Assembly (NCBI GenBank): GCA_964016885.1
Contig: OZ024757.1
Location: 12,710,001 to 12,774,000, forward strand
Source of the DNA: Eledone cirrhosa
Taxonomy: Eukaryota
Direction: 5' to 3'
Length of the DNA: 64,000 bases
Position 1 is the first letter of the stretch; each line of letters begins with the position of its first letter. A model generated the notes under the pieces. That model ran no database searches, had not been told where the DNA came from, and saw only the letters and a list, made by a program, of their open reading frames with translations. Positions 1 through 13,986 of the stretch are shown in pieces. A program made the translations under genes and the position numbers.

Positions 1-121
1 TTATATCCTTCTATCTCTAGAGAGGTCTGCTCTATGGCAGTTTAGTGAAAAATTCATTCTGATAGGACTTTCTAACGTAGCTATCATCTCTTCTCCTGGT
101 GACATGTCAACACAGGTTTAA
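1..121 (-). repeat. Paralogous intron segment of a third ZNF gene copy whose coding exon lies left of the window
   Basis: Near-identical to ~13728-13848 and similar to ~24955-25021, both just upstream (minus strand) of the ZNF coding exons. Confidence 0.8.
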
Positions 122-267
122 CATATACATATATAAATATATATACACACACACACATATATATACACATATACATATATATAAATATATATACACACAC
201 ATATATACATATACACATATATATACATATACACATGTATATATATGCAACTTTTACAAACAACCGC

Positions 268-1491
268 AATGACAGGACGGAGACATCATTATGCTAGCAG
301 GGGACTTCAATGGTCATGTTGGATAGCTCCAAGATGGTTACATTGGGGTACATGGTGGGCACGGTTATGGCTCAAAAAATGAAGAAGGAGTGAGACTTCT
401 TGAATTTTGTGATGCAAATACACTAACTGTTTTCAACACAAACTTCCAGAAACCTGCCAACCACCTAATAACCTACAAATCAGGCGAGCACATAAGCCAG
501 ATTGACTACTTACTAATTAGGCAGTTGGACAGGCAGATAGTGTCTAATACCAAGGCATACCCTGGGGAAGAATGTACCCCACAGGATAGGTTAGTCGTTA
601 GTGATAGCTCAGTAAGCAAGAGATGGAATGAGACATACAGGAAGGTGTGTAAAAGAAAGGTCGGGAAGCTAAAAGAGCTTTTACTAAAATACAAATTTAG
701 GAAAGCCCTTCAAGATGTGTATGACGAAAAAGAAGGCGATTTAGAGACGTATGACATAGATGAAAACTGGAATTTCTTACTGATGAAACTTGTGGCTGGA
801 GCAGAGCTCCAACCAGACAGTGAGTGACCAGGTGGTGGAACAGCACAGTAGATAAGGCCATTAGAGACAAAAGACTATCATGGAAAGCTTGGAAAAAGGG
901 TTGGAGTAGAGAAGGATATACAGCCGCTAAGTGAGAAGCTAGACGTCAGGTGAACTTAGCACGCAGAGAGGCTGAGAGTAGAAGGTTTGCCAATGTTCTT
1001 CGATGGGAAGATCAGAGGTGTGCGGTGTTCCACATTGCAAGGCAGTGTGTCAATTCAAATCAGGATGTTGCTGGAGATAAATGTGTCCGGAATAATGCCG
1101 GTGTACTTAGTGTCACGAATGATCAGAAAAAGGAGGCCTGGAAATGTCATTATGAGAGACTGATGAATGTGGAGCACGAATGGGAGTGAGAGAAATAACC
1201 CTCAGTAGATCCGACAGAGGGACCAGCTATTGAGATTGACGAATATAGGGTACAAGAGGCGACTAAGGAAATGAAAAATGGTAAGGCTTCTGGACCGTCA
1301 GGGATAGTTGCTGAGATGCTAAAGGCATCAGGGTACGTAGGCACTAAACTGGTTGCACGCATCATCAATCAGGCTATATATGGTGGTCTCATACCCAAAG
1401 ACTGGTGCAGCAGTATTCACATAAATTGCTACAAAGGTAAAAGGGATGCTCTGGAGAGGAGCAATTATAGGGGTATAAAACTGATGGATCA
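268..1491 (+). mobile_element. RTE LINE fragment, lineage A (APE C-terminus, linker, RT N-terminus), degraded
   Basis: GDFNGHVG, SQIDYLL, MKNGKASGPSGIVAEMLK and NYRGIKL motifs; internal stops; matches the element at 53477-56760. Confidence 0.9.
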
Positions 1492-2847
1492 GCTTGCAAA
1501 GGTGGGATGGGTCTTATTCAGAACAGCATCTCTCGACTTGTCACGGTCCTTCGTCATCTCCACCGTGAGTTTCGGCAATCTGAGGTCTGTTCTCACCACC
1601 TCCACCCATGTTTTTCGTGGTCTACCTCTAATACGTCTTCCTTCAACTGGCATTTCCTGGCACTTCTTCACCCATCAGTCTTCCTCCATGCGCATGACAT
1701 GTCCATACCACCTCAGTCTCCTCTCCCGATCTCTACATTCTATCTCTCTCAGGCACAGTTTCTCTCTCAACACATCTATGCTGGGTCATTCACACACATT
1801 GACATTGCACATCCAACGGAGCATGCTTGCCTCATTTCTCTCCAGCCGTCACATATCCTCTGCAGTTGCTGCCCATGTCTCACTACCATGCAGCATCGCG
1901 CTCCTCACATGGGCATCATATAACCGGCCTTTCGTACGCAGGGAGAAACCCTTCTTTGACAGCAGCTCCCTAAACTTCTTCCAACCCGTCCTTATTCTAG
2001 ATACTAAAGCCTTGGAAACCCCCCCCCCCCTCCCATGCTAATCTGATCTCCTAGGTACCGGAAGCTATCCACCACTTCTATAGCACCCGCCTTCATTTGA
2101 AAAATGTGTCTATCACTGTCTACGTATTTCTCCCTACCTGTTAGTTTGCCTGCTAACCCGCTACATCTCTTGTGTACCCAGGATCTGCATTGTGTACATT
2201 TTATAGAATTTATGCCAGTTCCTTTTCTGCATATCGAACATGGCCATTTCCCTGACGAAATCAGAGATTTGTCCTCTTTTCTACTCAACACTTTTGTCTT
2301 AGCTAGGTTCAACCTCAGTCCTCTGGCTTCCAACTGCTGTTTCCATAGCCAGAATTTATTCTCTAGCTCCTCTACTGATTCTGCTATAAGAACCAGATCA
2401 TCAGTATAGAAAAGTTCCCATGGACATCCAGTCTTAAACTCCTCTGTTATGGCTTGTAGGACTATAATGAACAAGAGTGGGCTGAGGACGGAACCTTGAT
2501 GTACACCTACTTGTATCTGGAATTCCTCACTAAACTCCTTTCCTACCCTGACTTTACTGACAGCACCTCTGTACAAAGTTTGCACTGTCCTCACAAGCCA
2601 TTCCTCAACACCTAGTTTCCTTAGGGACGACCAGGTGACAGATCGGGGTACCCTATCAAAGGCCTTCTCTAGGTCAACAAAGGCTCAGTATAGAGTATAG
2701 TGGCTTCTTCATCTCTAAGAACCTCTCTTGTAATTGTCTCACCAAGAAGAGGGCATCTGTTGTACTTTTCCCAGGCACAAAACCAAACTGCATCTCATCT
2801 AGTTTAACCCTTTCATAACCTGATTACCACTTTCATAACCTGATCCA
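1492..2847 (-). mobile_element. RTE LINE lineage A, RT to C-terminus, inverted relative to the adjacent 5' half
   Basis: ORF 2004..2594 with QGSVLSPLLF, YTDD and the Cys cluster; C-terminal GRPRKTW in ORF 1489..1671. Confidence 0.9.
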
Positions 2848-3060
2848 CATATATATATACATATATATATATACATATATATATACATATATATATACAT
2901 ATATATATACATATATATATACATATATATATACATATATATATACATATATATATATACATATATATATATACATATATATATATACATATATATATAT
3001 ACATATATATATATACATATATATATATACATATATATACATATATATACATATATATAC

Positions 3061-3108
<48 letters not shown>
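2848..3108. repeat. (TA)n/(TACA) microsatellite
   Basis: Direct inspection. Confidence 0.95.
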
Positions 3109-3111
<3 letters not shown>

Positions 3112-4356
3112 TAAGACTAAAGTCCTAGTTTATAGAAAGGAAAATAAGGCACAGGTACCCTCAGGGAAATGGCCATGCTCAGTGTGTAGGAAAGGAGTAG
3201 GCAGAAATTAAATTTTATATCCCAAATGCAAAGTATGGGTACATAAAAGATGTAGTGGGATCACAGGTAAACTATCTAAGAACGTAGACTTTATATGTGG
3301 CCGATGCTTAGGTGCAATAAGTAGCAAGTGTCCACAGGATACTAGCTCCTTCTATTACCCAGATGGTTCTATAGAAATAGAAGACACTTTCCGTTACCTG
3401 GGTGACAAAATCAGCAGTGGTGGAGGGTGTTCTGAAAGTACAGTAGCCAGAGTCAGAACGGGATGGAAAAAGTTCAGAGAGCTTATACCGCTGTTGGCCA
3501 CAAAAGGTTTCTCTCTAAAAATGAAAGGCAGATTGTATGATGCTTGTATATGAACAGCAATGCTACATGGCAGTTAGACACGGGCATTAAGTGCAGAGGA
3601 CCTGTGCAGACTGGAAAGGAACGAAGCATGCATGCTCCTTTGGATGTGTAATAGTAATATACGTGAACGACAAAGCATAAATGAACTAAGTGAGAAATTA
3701 GGAATAAGAGGGATCAGATGCTGTTTACTCGAGAGAAGACTATGTTGGTATGGCCACGTGATGCGCATGAAAGACGACAGCTGCATAAAAAAGTGCAGGA
3801 CGATCAAAATTGATGGTAGTTACGGAGTAAGTAGACTCACAAAAACCTGGGACGATCTGATAAATTCCGACCTCACACACTTACACCTCTCCAAGACAAT
3901 GTCACTGAACCGAGATCTTTGGCGCTACGCAGTAATACAGAAGACCCACCTTCCCTATGTACAAAGCGAAACCTACAATCAGTAGGCACCTCTTAACCAA
4001 ATATACACCCCCATCCCACTACCTCTACCCTATCCTCCCACTCCCACCAACACCACCCTCCCTCTATAAAGTTGGTACCACAACATCCAGTCCAAATAAA
4101 TGAGATAAATGAGATGGAGATCGTGTAGGTATCCTAAAAAACACACACAGTCCACGCTGTAATGTGGCCGTGTCGGTAACACGGTAAAAAGTTCCCAGTC
4201 CCACACTGGAAATGTGGTTGGTGTTAGGAAGGGCATCCAGCCATAGAAAACCTGCCAGATAGTCCTATATGAGCGAGACACGGTTACCCGACCAACCTTG
4301 CCTCAAGTGGGACAATTCCCGTCTAACCCATGCTAGCGTGGAAAATGGACGTTAAA
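3109..4356 (+). mobile_element. RTE LINE lineage B, 3' part with long 3'UTR and (TGA)n tail
   Basis: [11 protein letters not shown] and WYGHVMRM motifs; UTR motif gttaggaagggcatccagcc; terminal ggacgttaaacgaagatgatgatgat. Confidence 0.9.
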
Positions 4357-4403
4357 CGAAGATGATGATGATGATACATACATATATATACATATATACG
4401 TAC

Positions 4404-4468
<65 letters not shown>

Positions 4469-4511
4469 CATATATATATATACATATATATATATACATA
4501 TATATATATAC

Positions 4512-4544
<33 letters not shown>

Positions 4545-4651
4545 CATATATATACATATACATATACATTTGTATATATATATACATTTGTATATATATA
4601 TATATACATATATACATTTGTATATATATATATATATACATATATACATAG

Positions 4652-5700
4652 CTTGTATAGATCTCACAAGCCATTCATCTACACCTAGTTTTCTAAGAGC
4701 CCACCAGATAATGGAGCGGAGGACTCTGTCAAAGGCTTTCTCCAGGTCTACAAAAGCTAAGTAGAGGGGTTTACTTTAATCTAGGTACTTCTCCTGTAGT
4801 TGTCGTACAAGGAAAAGAGCGTCTGTGGTACTTTTACCTGACACAAACTCAAACTGCATTTCATCTAGATCAATTCGCTCTCTGTGACCTTCATGACCTG
4901 GTCAACTAACTTAATGCCTCTATAGTTTCCCCTATCTAGAGCATGACCTTTACAGTTAATGACTGCTACACCAGTCCTTTGGTATGCCCCCATTCTGTAT
5001 TTCTTGGTTTACTATCTGGGTGACCATAGTATGTCCCACCATACCAGATGCCTTCAACATCTCAGCAACTATCTCCAAAGGCTCAGCCACCTTACCCGTC
5101 TTCATATCTTTGATTGCCTTACTTATTATACTACCTTTAACTTGCACTGCTGGTCCCACTATTGGATCAATTTGTTGCAGACTATCTTTTTCCCATTTAT
5201 TCTCCTCATTTAGTAGACTCTCGTAGTGACACTTCCAAGTTATCTTCTTATCAGTATAAGTGAGGGCAAGTACACCATTATCATTACGGACTCACTTCTC
5301 CCCGAAAATATCACGATTTTCCTTGACACATTGCCTAGCAATCCTGAACACCTCACGTTTTTGGTCCTCTTGTTGTAGAAAATGCTTGATCTTTCTATCC
5401 TCTGCTTCCCTTTTTGCAAGGTACACTTGTCTCCTAGCTTCTCTCCTGGCCACTTGATAGTGCTCCCTACTACCCCCATCCTGCCATACTTTCCAAGCCT
5501 GCTTTTTGGCCTTGATTGTCTCCTCCACCTTACTGTTCCACCATCAAGTTACTCTCCTCCTGCCTATAGGTCTGCTCCAGCCACAGATTTTATCTGTCGC
5601 TTTCAGCAGGTTCACTTTCAAGAATTTCCACTGTTCCTCTATATTGTATGTCTTCTAATTGCTCTTCCTTACTTGCTGTGGGGTCCTTCAACTTCCATAT
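4652..5700 (-). mobile_element. RTE LINE lineage B, internal fragment
   Basis: ORFs 4956..5159 and 5292..5528 homologous to the linker/RT N-terminus of 51003-53476. Confidence 0.85.
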
Positions 5701-5715
5701 TCTTCTCCTCAAGGT

Positions 5716-7690
5716 AGTCTTTTGTTTTATGTTCATTGTTCATCACACACACACATATAATTGATATTCTCTTTGGAATTACTGATAAAACATGTTAGTG
5801 ACAACTACAAGAGAGGTTCCTAGCCAAGATTAAGCTGCAATATTTAGCTTTTATAGATCTAGAAAAGGCCTTTGACAGAGTACCTTACTCTGTTATCTGG
5901 TGGTCCTTCAGAAAATTAGGTGTAGAAGAATGGCTTGTGAGAGCAGTGCAAGCCTTGTACAGAGGAGCTGTCAGTAAAGCGAGAGTAGGAAGGGAGTTTA
6001 ATGAAGAATTCAATGTACAGGTAGGTGTTCATCATGGTTCAGTTCACAACCCACTGCTGTTCTTCATAGTTCTCCAGGCCATAACCAATGGCTGTTCACG
6101 GGAAACAGTCTAATGTGAATGATCTGGTCCTTACAGCTGACTCCATAAAAGAACTAGAGAATAAATAGCCTACTGCATATGTAGGAAAGGAGTAGGCATA
6201 AACTTTACACAATGATAGCTTCTGCTATCTAGGTGGAGAGAAATGGAGCAACGATGCTTCGTTGGATGTGCAACGTAAATGTGAGAGGAAGTCAGAACTG
6301 GGATAAAATGAGGAAGAATTTGGACTTCAGAGGAAACCTAAGTGGTGTGCAAGAGAGAAGACTGCTTTGGTAGGGACATGTGATATCCATGGATGGTGAT
6401 CACTGGTTAAAGAAGTGCCACGGAATACCAGAAGAGGGAAGCCATACTAGATGGAGACCAGGGTAGATGTGGTGAGAGCTGATCTCAAATTGCTGAGACT
6501 CACAGTGGAGATAACGAAGGAACAAGCGAGTGGCGAGATGTTGTGCTTAAAAGGACCCATCGAACCCATGCCAGGATTGAAAAACGGACGTAAAACTATG
6601 ATGATGATGTAGATGAAGTAAATTAAATCAGAATAGATTTAGACTAAAACGAACAAAACTTCCCTGAAACAACAATAAGGTACAGATAAATATAAGATAT
6701 ATTTGATAATGTAAGGTAGTGAACCACATAATTAAATAGATGGAGGTAATTTAAATAATAAATATACCTTTAATTTACTTAAAGCAATAACAAGGTACAG
6801 CTAAATATAAACTATATTTTATAATGTAAGGTAGTGAACCACATAATTAAATAGACGGAGGTAATTTAAATAATAAAGACAGTCATGATAACAATATATT
6901 TTATATCACATGTAACAGTGGAATCTGGTTAATTACTGGATCGTGGTAGGCTTCACATAATTATATTATTTACACACATTAATAAAGACATTAAGTAAAT
7001 CTTTGTCAACTTACCTCCTTCACATATAATCAATATGTTGTGTTGTTAGTTTTTACTAAACAACCAAAGAAATAATCTCCTTGTTATCAAATTAGAAGTT
7101 TCAATGTTATCAGCTTTATTTCACGACATTAATGTTGGTATATCATCTTCATCTTTAGTCATAAATTGATATCTTGTCAGAATGAAGTAGTGAGGCTAAC
7201 TTTATGTCTTTAGCTACAGATTTGATAGGAAATAAATATATATTAGGTTGATATGTGGTCTAAAAAATATATATTGTCTATAAATGACTGATAGCAGATG
7301 TTCTGGTGAAATAGTAGTTTTACTACTACAGATAGTAATGGAACTCTTAGTAGACACAATTATAAAGTTAGAACAGATATGACAGTGTAAGACTGATGTC
7401 GGGGAATTAAAATTGTGTGTGCGTATATATATATATATATATATATAATTGTTACACAAGATATAATTAGATTAAGAAGACAGCAGGTACTCGATGTCGT
7501 TGGAAAGGATTTAACTCCCTTACTGGTGTCATTAGTTAAAAGTCCCTGATATAATTTTATACATTAAGATAGTTCCAATCGTATTTAATCGATAGTAAAT
7601 GAAAAGGTATCACTCAGTAAAATATCAATTATATATCTACATAGTGTCTCTGACTGCTAGAAATAGCAGTGAAATTATCCATTACAGACT
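5716..7690. repeat. Segmental duplication block X, copy 1 (old RTE remnant, ~116-bp doublet, putative 5'UTR exon)
   Basis: Colinear with 16522-18600 and partly with 27670-28558. Confidence 0.9.
7015..7213 (-). other. Putative non-coding 5'UTR exon of the ZNF copy left of the window
   Basis: Minus-strand acceptor tttcctatcaaatctgtAG and donor AG|GTAAGT (acttacct at 7009-7016); donor conserved at 17907-17914 and 27829-27836. Confidence 0.5.
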
Positions 7691-7919
7691 TTTCTTTCTT
7701 TAAACTCTTACGTTTAGTCGATGTTTGTGTTGAGAATGTGTGTATTTGTGTATTGTATGACGGAAGTCACCATTGAAGATTTTAAAAGCAATGTTGTGGA
7801 AAATAGCATCGTACGACTTTGTAATTGTTTATATATAATTTATTTACAGATTACAAAGGTTAGAAGAATGTCTCTTGAGAGGATAGTTAATGTTATCAAT
7901 AAAAAGTTTATAAAGATTT

Positions 7920-8260
7920 AAAGACGTACGGTCAACTGGCTGAGGCGTTAGCCAGACCTGTAGTGATATCTGTTGCTACATATTGTCTATGCTTGAGGAA
8001 CGAAAGCAAGAGATGTTTACCTTCACGGTGTCGAGCTGCAAAAGAGAGAGTTTCGAATCTCTGCGGGAATTTTTCCCTCTGGGCGGAGGTCGAGATACAT
8101 TTTCCTACGCTGGTAGCGATTGGCTGAACTGAGCCAAACAACGCACAGAGAATGTATCCATGAGCCCTCGGAATGTAGGTCAGTACAATACCCCCTATTT
8201 AGTCTGCAAGACGATATATAAGATTGAATCAGCAGGAAAACGGCTTAAAGAGAGGACATC
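7920..8260 (-). promoter_or_regulatory. Candidate promoter/first exon (CpG-richer patch with GC box, CCAAT and a splice donor)
   Basis: gggcgg, attgg and tttacct (AG|GTAAA) at 8016-8022, upstream of the putative UTR exon. Confidence 0.3.
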
Positions 8261-8292
8261 AATGAATATATATGTATATATATATATATGTA

Positions 8293-8806
8293 TATATAGT
8301 AAGAAACACAGTAAACCGTGTGTCTAAAATTACAAGGGTTGAAAAACCACATTTGTTTGAAATATTTAACCAAGAAGCAGACAGAATGATAAAATAAAAA
8401 TATATTATACAAACCGCCTCAATAACCATTATATCTCTCGGACAGATTATCCCTAATCTGTTTCGCCCTGAGTGTGTTTGTAACAGATAATCTTGGGCAT
8501 CATCAGCGAGAGAATCTGATTAAATGCAACAAACACTATTTGCCAACGTTCACACAGAAAGATGAATTTGTCACCTCGTGCGCCGCTAGTCAAACGTGGT
8601 AAGCGCGTATTATCTGTTACACACTCAGGGCGAAACAGATTAGGGATAATCTGTCCGAGAGATATAATGGTTATTGAGGCGGTTTGTATAATAATATATT
8701 TTTATTTTATCATTCTGTCTGCTTCTTGGTTAAATATTTCAAACAAATGTGGTTTTTCAACCCTTGTAATTTTAGACACACGGTTTACTGTGTTTCTTAC
8801 TATATA
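8293..8806. mobile_element. Palindromic mini-element with a hammerhead ribozyme (Penelope-like inverted pLTR architecture)
   Basis: Inverted arms 8293-8491 and 8609-8806; TA-rich flanks. Confidence 0.8.
8434..8513 (-). ncRNA. Type I hammerhead ribozyme motif
   Basis: tctctcg CTGATGA t gccc..gggc GAAA cagatta ggga taatct GTC cgagaga: 7-bp stem I, 4-bp stem II, 8-bp stem III, GUC site. Confidence 0.85.
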
Positions 8807-8882
8807 TTAATCGGCTCAGTATTTTTATACTTGGAGCTTAATAGTTACAGGGTTCCAATTGGAGTTTTAACTCTAATTTCCA

Positions 8883-8919
<37 letters not shown>

Positions 8920-8935
8920 ATATGATATATATATA

Positions 8936-9793
8936 CAGGTATGGACGATATTTGGTCGCAATTTTCAACTGCTAATTTTATGCAAATTTTTTTTGCTTCC
9001 GTTGTCACTCTTGTCATCATAAGAACAGTGACTATATTTCCATTATTTATTTTCAGAATAATTGATTATGAATAATTTTGAACCTCCAAATCTTCTTGGA
9101 ATCAGCGCTGGGAGGACAAATAAGACCAGAAGATCAACTCCCAGAACAACAGGTGGCTCGTTGTCTCATCCAAAGACGTGCCCAGAGTCATGCACACAAA
9201 GTTTCCAGCGACAACATTGGTCTTAGGTGTCGTCAGCAGTCAAGGTGACGTAATGCCACCTGACTGCTTCCCTGAGGGCCTCAAGCTGAACACAGATGGC
9301 TACATCTGCGTTCTGAGCGAGGTAGTAAAGCCCTGGATCGACCAGGTAGCTGCAGGTAGGCCGTACGTGTGGCAGCAAGACTCAGCGCCCTGCCATACCA
9401 GCCGAAAGATCCAAGCCTGGCTATCAGAGAACTTCGTCTACCTCACCTCCCCTGACATCTGGCCTCCCAGCTAGCCTGACTGCAATCCCGTTGACTTCTT
9501 TGTGTGGGGCGCACTGGAACGAGACACCAACAGTTCTAGCTGCAATACGAAAGATGATCTGAAGGCCAGGATCACAAGTGCCTTTAGGGGCATAAGTCGG
9601 GGGACAGTGACGAAGGTCTGTAGCCGGTTTCGAGGCCGTCACAAAGCCACTGACGGGTTTATCGAATGAGATTGAAAGAACAAGTCATGAAGACAAACTG
9701 ACCCAAGTTTGATAAATAAATCTTAAAAAACAAAACTACTGTGTTATTTTTTCATAGACAGTAATCTTGCGAACAAATATCGTACGCACTCTG
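8936..9793 (+). mobile_element. Tc1/mariner-superfamily DD37D (maT-type) element, internally deleted
   Basis: Imperfect TIRs (cag..acgatatttg.tcgcaa) with TA flanks; QQDSAPCH...WPPS*PDCNPVD has 37 residues between the last two Asp and an in-frame stop. Confidence 0.85.
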
Positions 9794-9927
9794 TATATAT
9801 ACATATATAATATATATATTATATATATATATATAATAATATATGTATATAATATATATATATTATATATATATATATAATAATATATGTATATAATATA
9901 CATATATATATACGTATATATATATAT

Positions 9928-10150
9928 ATCATCACTGTTTTACGTCCATTCTTCTATGCTAGCATGGGTTAGATAGGTTGTCCTGTTGTGGGCAGTGTCC
10001 GGTTGGTTGACATTGTCTTGCTCATACGGGAACTGATTCTGGCTTGATTTCTACAGATGGATGCCCTTCCTAACATCAAGCTCATTTACAGTGAGTGCTG
10101 GGTACTTTTCTTCCGTGGTGCCTACATGTCCACTTTATAGTGTGGGTTGA
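9928..10150 (-). mobile_element. RTE lineage B 3' end
   Basis: ttttacgtcc..catgggttag..ggatgcccttcctaac, reverse match to 53290-53450. Confidence 0.8.
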
Positions 10151-10273
10151 TATATATATAATATATATATATTATATATAATATATATATATTATATATA
10201 ATATATATATATAACATATATATATATATAGCATATAATATATATAACATATATATATAATATAATATATATA

Positions 10274-10468
10274 TCTATATATCTAAAACAGAGAATGTCT
10301 GTCTGTCTGACTCCCTAAAGCTCAAGAACCACCCAACCGATTGTTTTCAAACTTTAGACATCTAATACTTATGGTCCTGTGAGTGTTTAGAGGAGAAAAA
10401 TTTCAAAATTTCAAATTTTCCTAGGGACCGCATAAGGTGATTTAGCGATCTCAGGGCCATTCTGCTAG
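10274..10468 (+). mobile_element. Short non-autonomous Helitron-like element
   Basis: Starts A|TCTATATAT, contains (GTCT)n, ends CTAG|T; subterminal hairpin weak. Confidence 0.55.
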
Positions 10469-10487
10469 TAATATATATATAATATAT

Positions 10488-10700
10488 ATGGCTTAGTGGT
10501 TAGAACATTGGGCTTGTAATTGAAAGGTTGTGAGTTCAATTCTCGGACCGGGTGATGTGTTATGTCCTTGAGCAAGACACGTTATTTCACGTTGCTCCTT
10601 CTACCTGGAGTTGTGACCAATAGATAGTATTAGCAATTGGAAAGACCAATGGAAACATTGTTTCTTCGGTCCAATTTGACGAAAGTCGATCGACTGGCGA
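10488..10700 (+). mobile_element. tRNA-derived SINE
   Basis: A box tggcttagtgg, B box gagttcaattc, core tgtccttgagcaagacac; second copy at 14170-14385 (-). Confidence 0.8.
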
Positions 10701-10885
10701 TATATATATATATATATATATTATACACATATATAATATATATATATATATGTGTCACTCGCTGGATCTGCTAGAAGGACCCAGATAATATGAGATGTTC
10801 TCCCGGCTGTATCATATACTGCAAATCTATGCAGATGTATACACATATATATATACAAACACATAAAGATACACAAGTAATTATA

Positions 10886-11375
10886 CACACATAGAAGTGG
10901 TTGACAGCTTCTGTGACTTAAATAGCAGTAGACGATGACTTTATAACACCTGCCAATAAAATATGATGCTGCATGGTAGTGAAACAAGGGTTGTGACAGC
11001 AGAAAAAAAGTGTAGACTGGAGAGAAATGAAGCAACCATGCTTCATTGGATATGCCATTTAAGTGAGAGAGAAAGGCAGAGCTTGGACAAGTTGAAGGAG
11101 AAGCTGGGTTTAAGAGGGAACTTAAGAGATGTGTAAGAGAGAAGACTGCATTGGTACGGACATGTGATACACATGGATAATCACAGCTGGGTGAAGAAGT
11201 GCCAGGACATCCCAGTAGAAGGAAGCCATAGTAGAGGTAGACCAAGACCTGGACAGCGGCTGTGTGAACTGACTTCAAATTATTGACTCTCACAGAGGAG
11301 ATGACAAAGGAACACGACAAGTTGAAAGATGCCATGTTGAGAAGCATGGAAAACGATCATAAAAACAGTGATGAT
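10886..11375 (+). mobile_element. Old RTE 3' remnant carried inside the ZNF duplication unit
   Basis: Paralogous remnant at 21078-21715 in the same position relative to the ZNF 3' end. Confidence 0.75.
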
Positions 11376-11798
11376 ATACAAACACAGATACAAACATATA
11401 CAAATTTCTACACACATACATTCACATATATATAACATATGTCAATTCTGAACAATACAGTTTTGTCAGCACAAGTCTTGGTTACAACTTCTACAAATAA
11501 AATGAAAGGAGAAGAATTTCTTAGTAAAACAGTTTTATTCAAGATATTAACAACATTGGTGGCACTATTTTAGGTGAGTGACATGGTTTTTATCTTGTCT
11601 GATTGTGTTTGGGTTGCATCAAGTAACCTTTACAAGAGAATTATTTACCACAGACACCACAGTGATATGGTTCCTCTCCTGTATGTTAGTGTGTAGGGAA
11701 GCCACAACATTTAGAGAATTATTTACCAGACATCACAGTGATCTGGTTCCTCTCCTGTATGTTAGTGTGTAGTGAAACCAAAATCAGAAAATGATTTA

Positions 11799-11943
11799 CA
11801 TGGGTGGAGGTGGCGAGAGCAGATGTTTGAAGCTCACGGTGGAGATGACGAAGGACCGCGACAAGTGGAGAGATGCTTTGCTGAATAGGACCCATCCCAC
11901 CATTGCAAGCAGGGAAAAGTGGACGTAAAATGATGATGATGAT
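11799..11943 (+). mobile_element. 5'-truncated RTE lineage A 3' end inserted in the degenerate finger tail
   Basis: Ends gcaagcagggaaaagtggacgtaaaa(tga)n; absent from the paralogue. Confidence 0.85.
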
Positions 11944-12201
11944 ATGGTTTCCCTCATCTATGCATATATTTAGTTAAATTGCTCCATTAAAAGATATATT
12001 TCCAAACATATCAAAGTGATATGGCTTCCCACCTGTATATGTTTGTGTGGAGTTAATGTAGCATTGAAAGAGAATGATTTACCATAGATATTACACTGAT
12101 ATATATTTATATTCTCATTAATTCACAATTTTGAGAGGATTTATCACTGATCTCAATGCATTAAGATTTCTCCTCTGCATGTATGAGTTTGTGAGTAGTT
12201 A

Positions 12202-13419
<1,218 letters not shown>

Positions 13420-13986
13420 TTATATTATATTCCTAAAAAATATATCTTCTATATTTCCCTGAACTGTGATTTCAGTTAATAGTCTTCAAATGATGATAAA
13501 TAGAGGTGATGTATCCGGGATTGAAAATAATAATTTATCCCAATGTCATCTGGTATTCTGAAATAAGAGAGAAACAGTATGAGATAATACAGAATACTTA
13601 AGAAGCAGACATATATTTAACAGTGGAAATTTTATGTTTCTATGGTGGTAAAATGTAGATATCAACTTTCCTGTCCAGAGTAATTCTCTCCAATGCAAAC
13701 AGTGGTATTCCAGCATGCTCTATAAATGTTATCCTTCTATCTCTAGAGAAGTCTGCTCTATGGCAGTTTAGTGAAAAATTCATTCTGATAGGACTCTCTA
13801 ACATAGCTATTATCTCCTCTCCTGGTGACATGTCAACACCAGTTTAACTTCCATCTTTTTATTAGTAGGAGTCAATTGTTCCTCTATATCTTTTTCTTAC
13901 TTCTTTTCTATCTTTCTCTGGGAGAAATCGGCCGTGTTTAGACCAGGAGTTACGAGTATATATGAATCCATACAATATCGGATTTC

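Noticed and set aside
10488-10560. tRNA genes at SINE heads (also ~14320-14385, 39380-39447 and 62035-62103)
   Set aside because: A/B boxes run into a shared SINE body and the cloverleaf is incomplete
13640-13831. 63-aa ORF upstream of the ZNF exon as an N-terminal domain
   Set aside because: Lies upstream of the predicted acceptor, has no domain signature and is not preserved as an ORF in the paralogue
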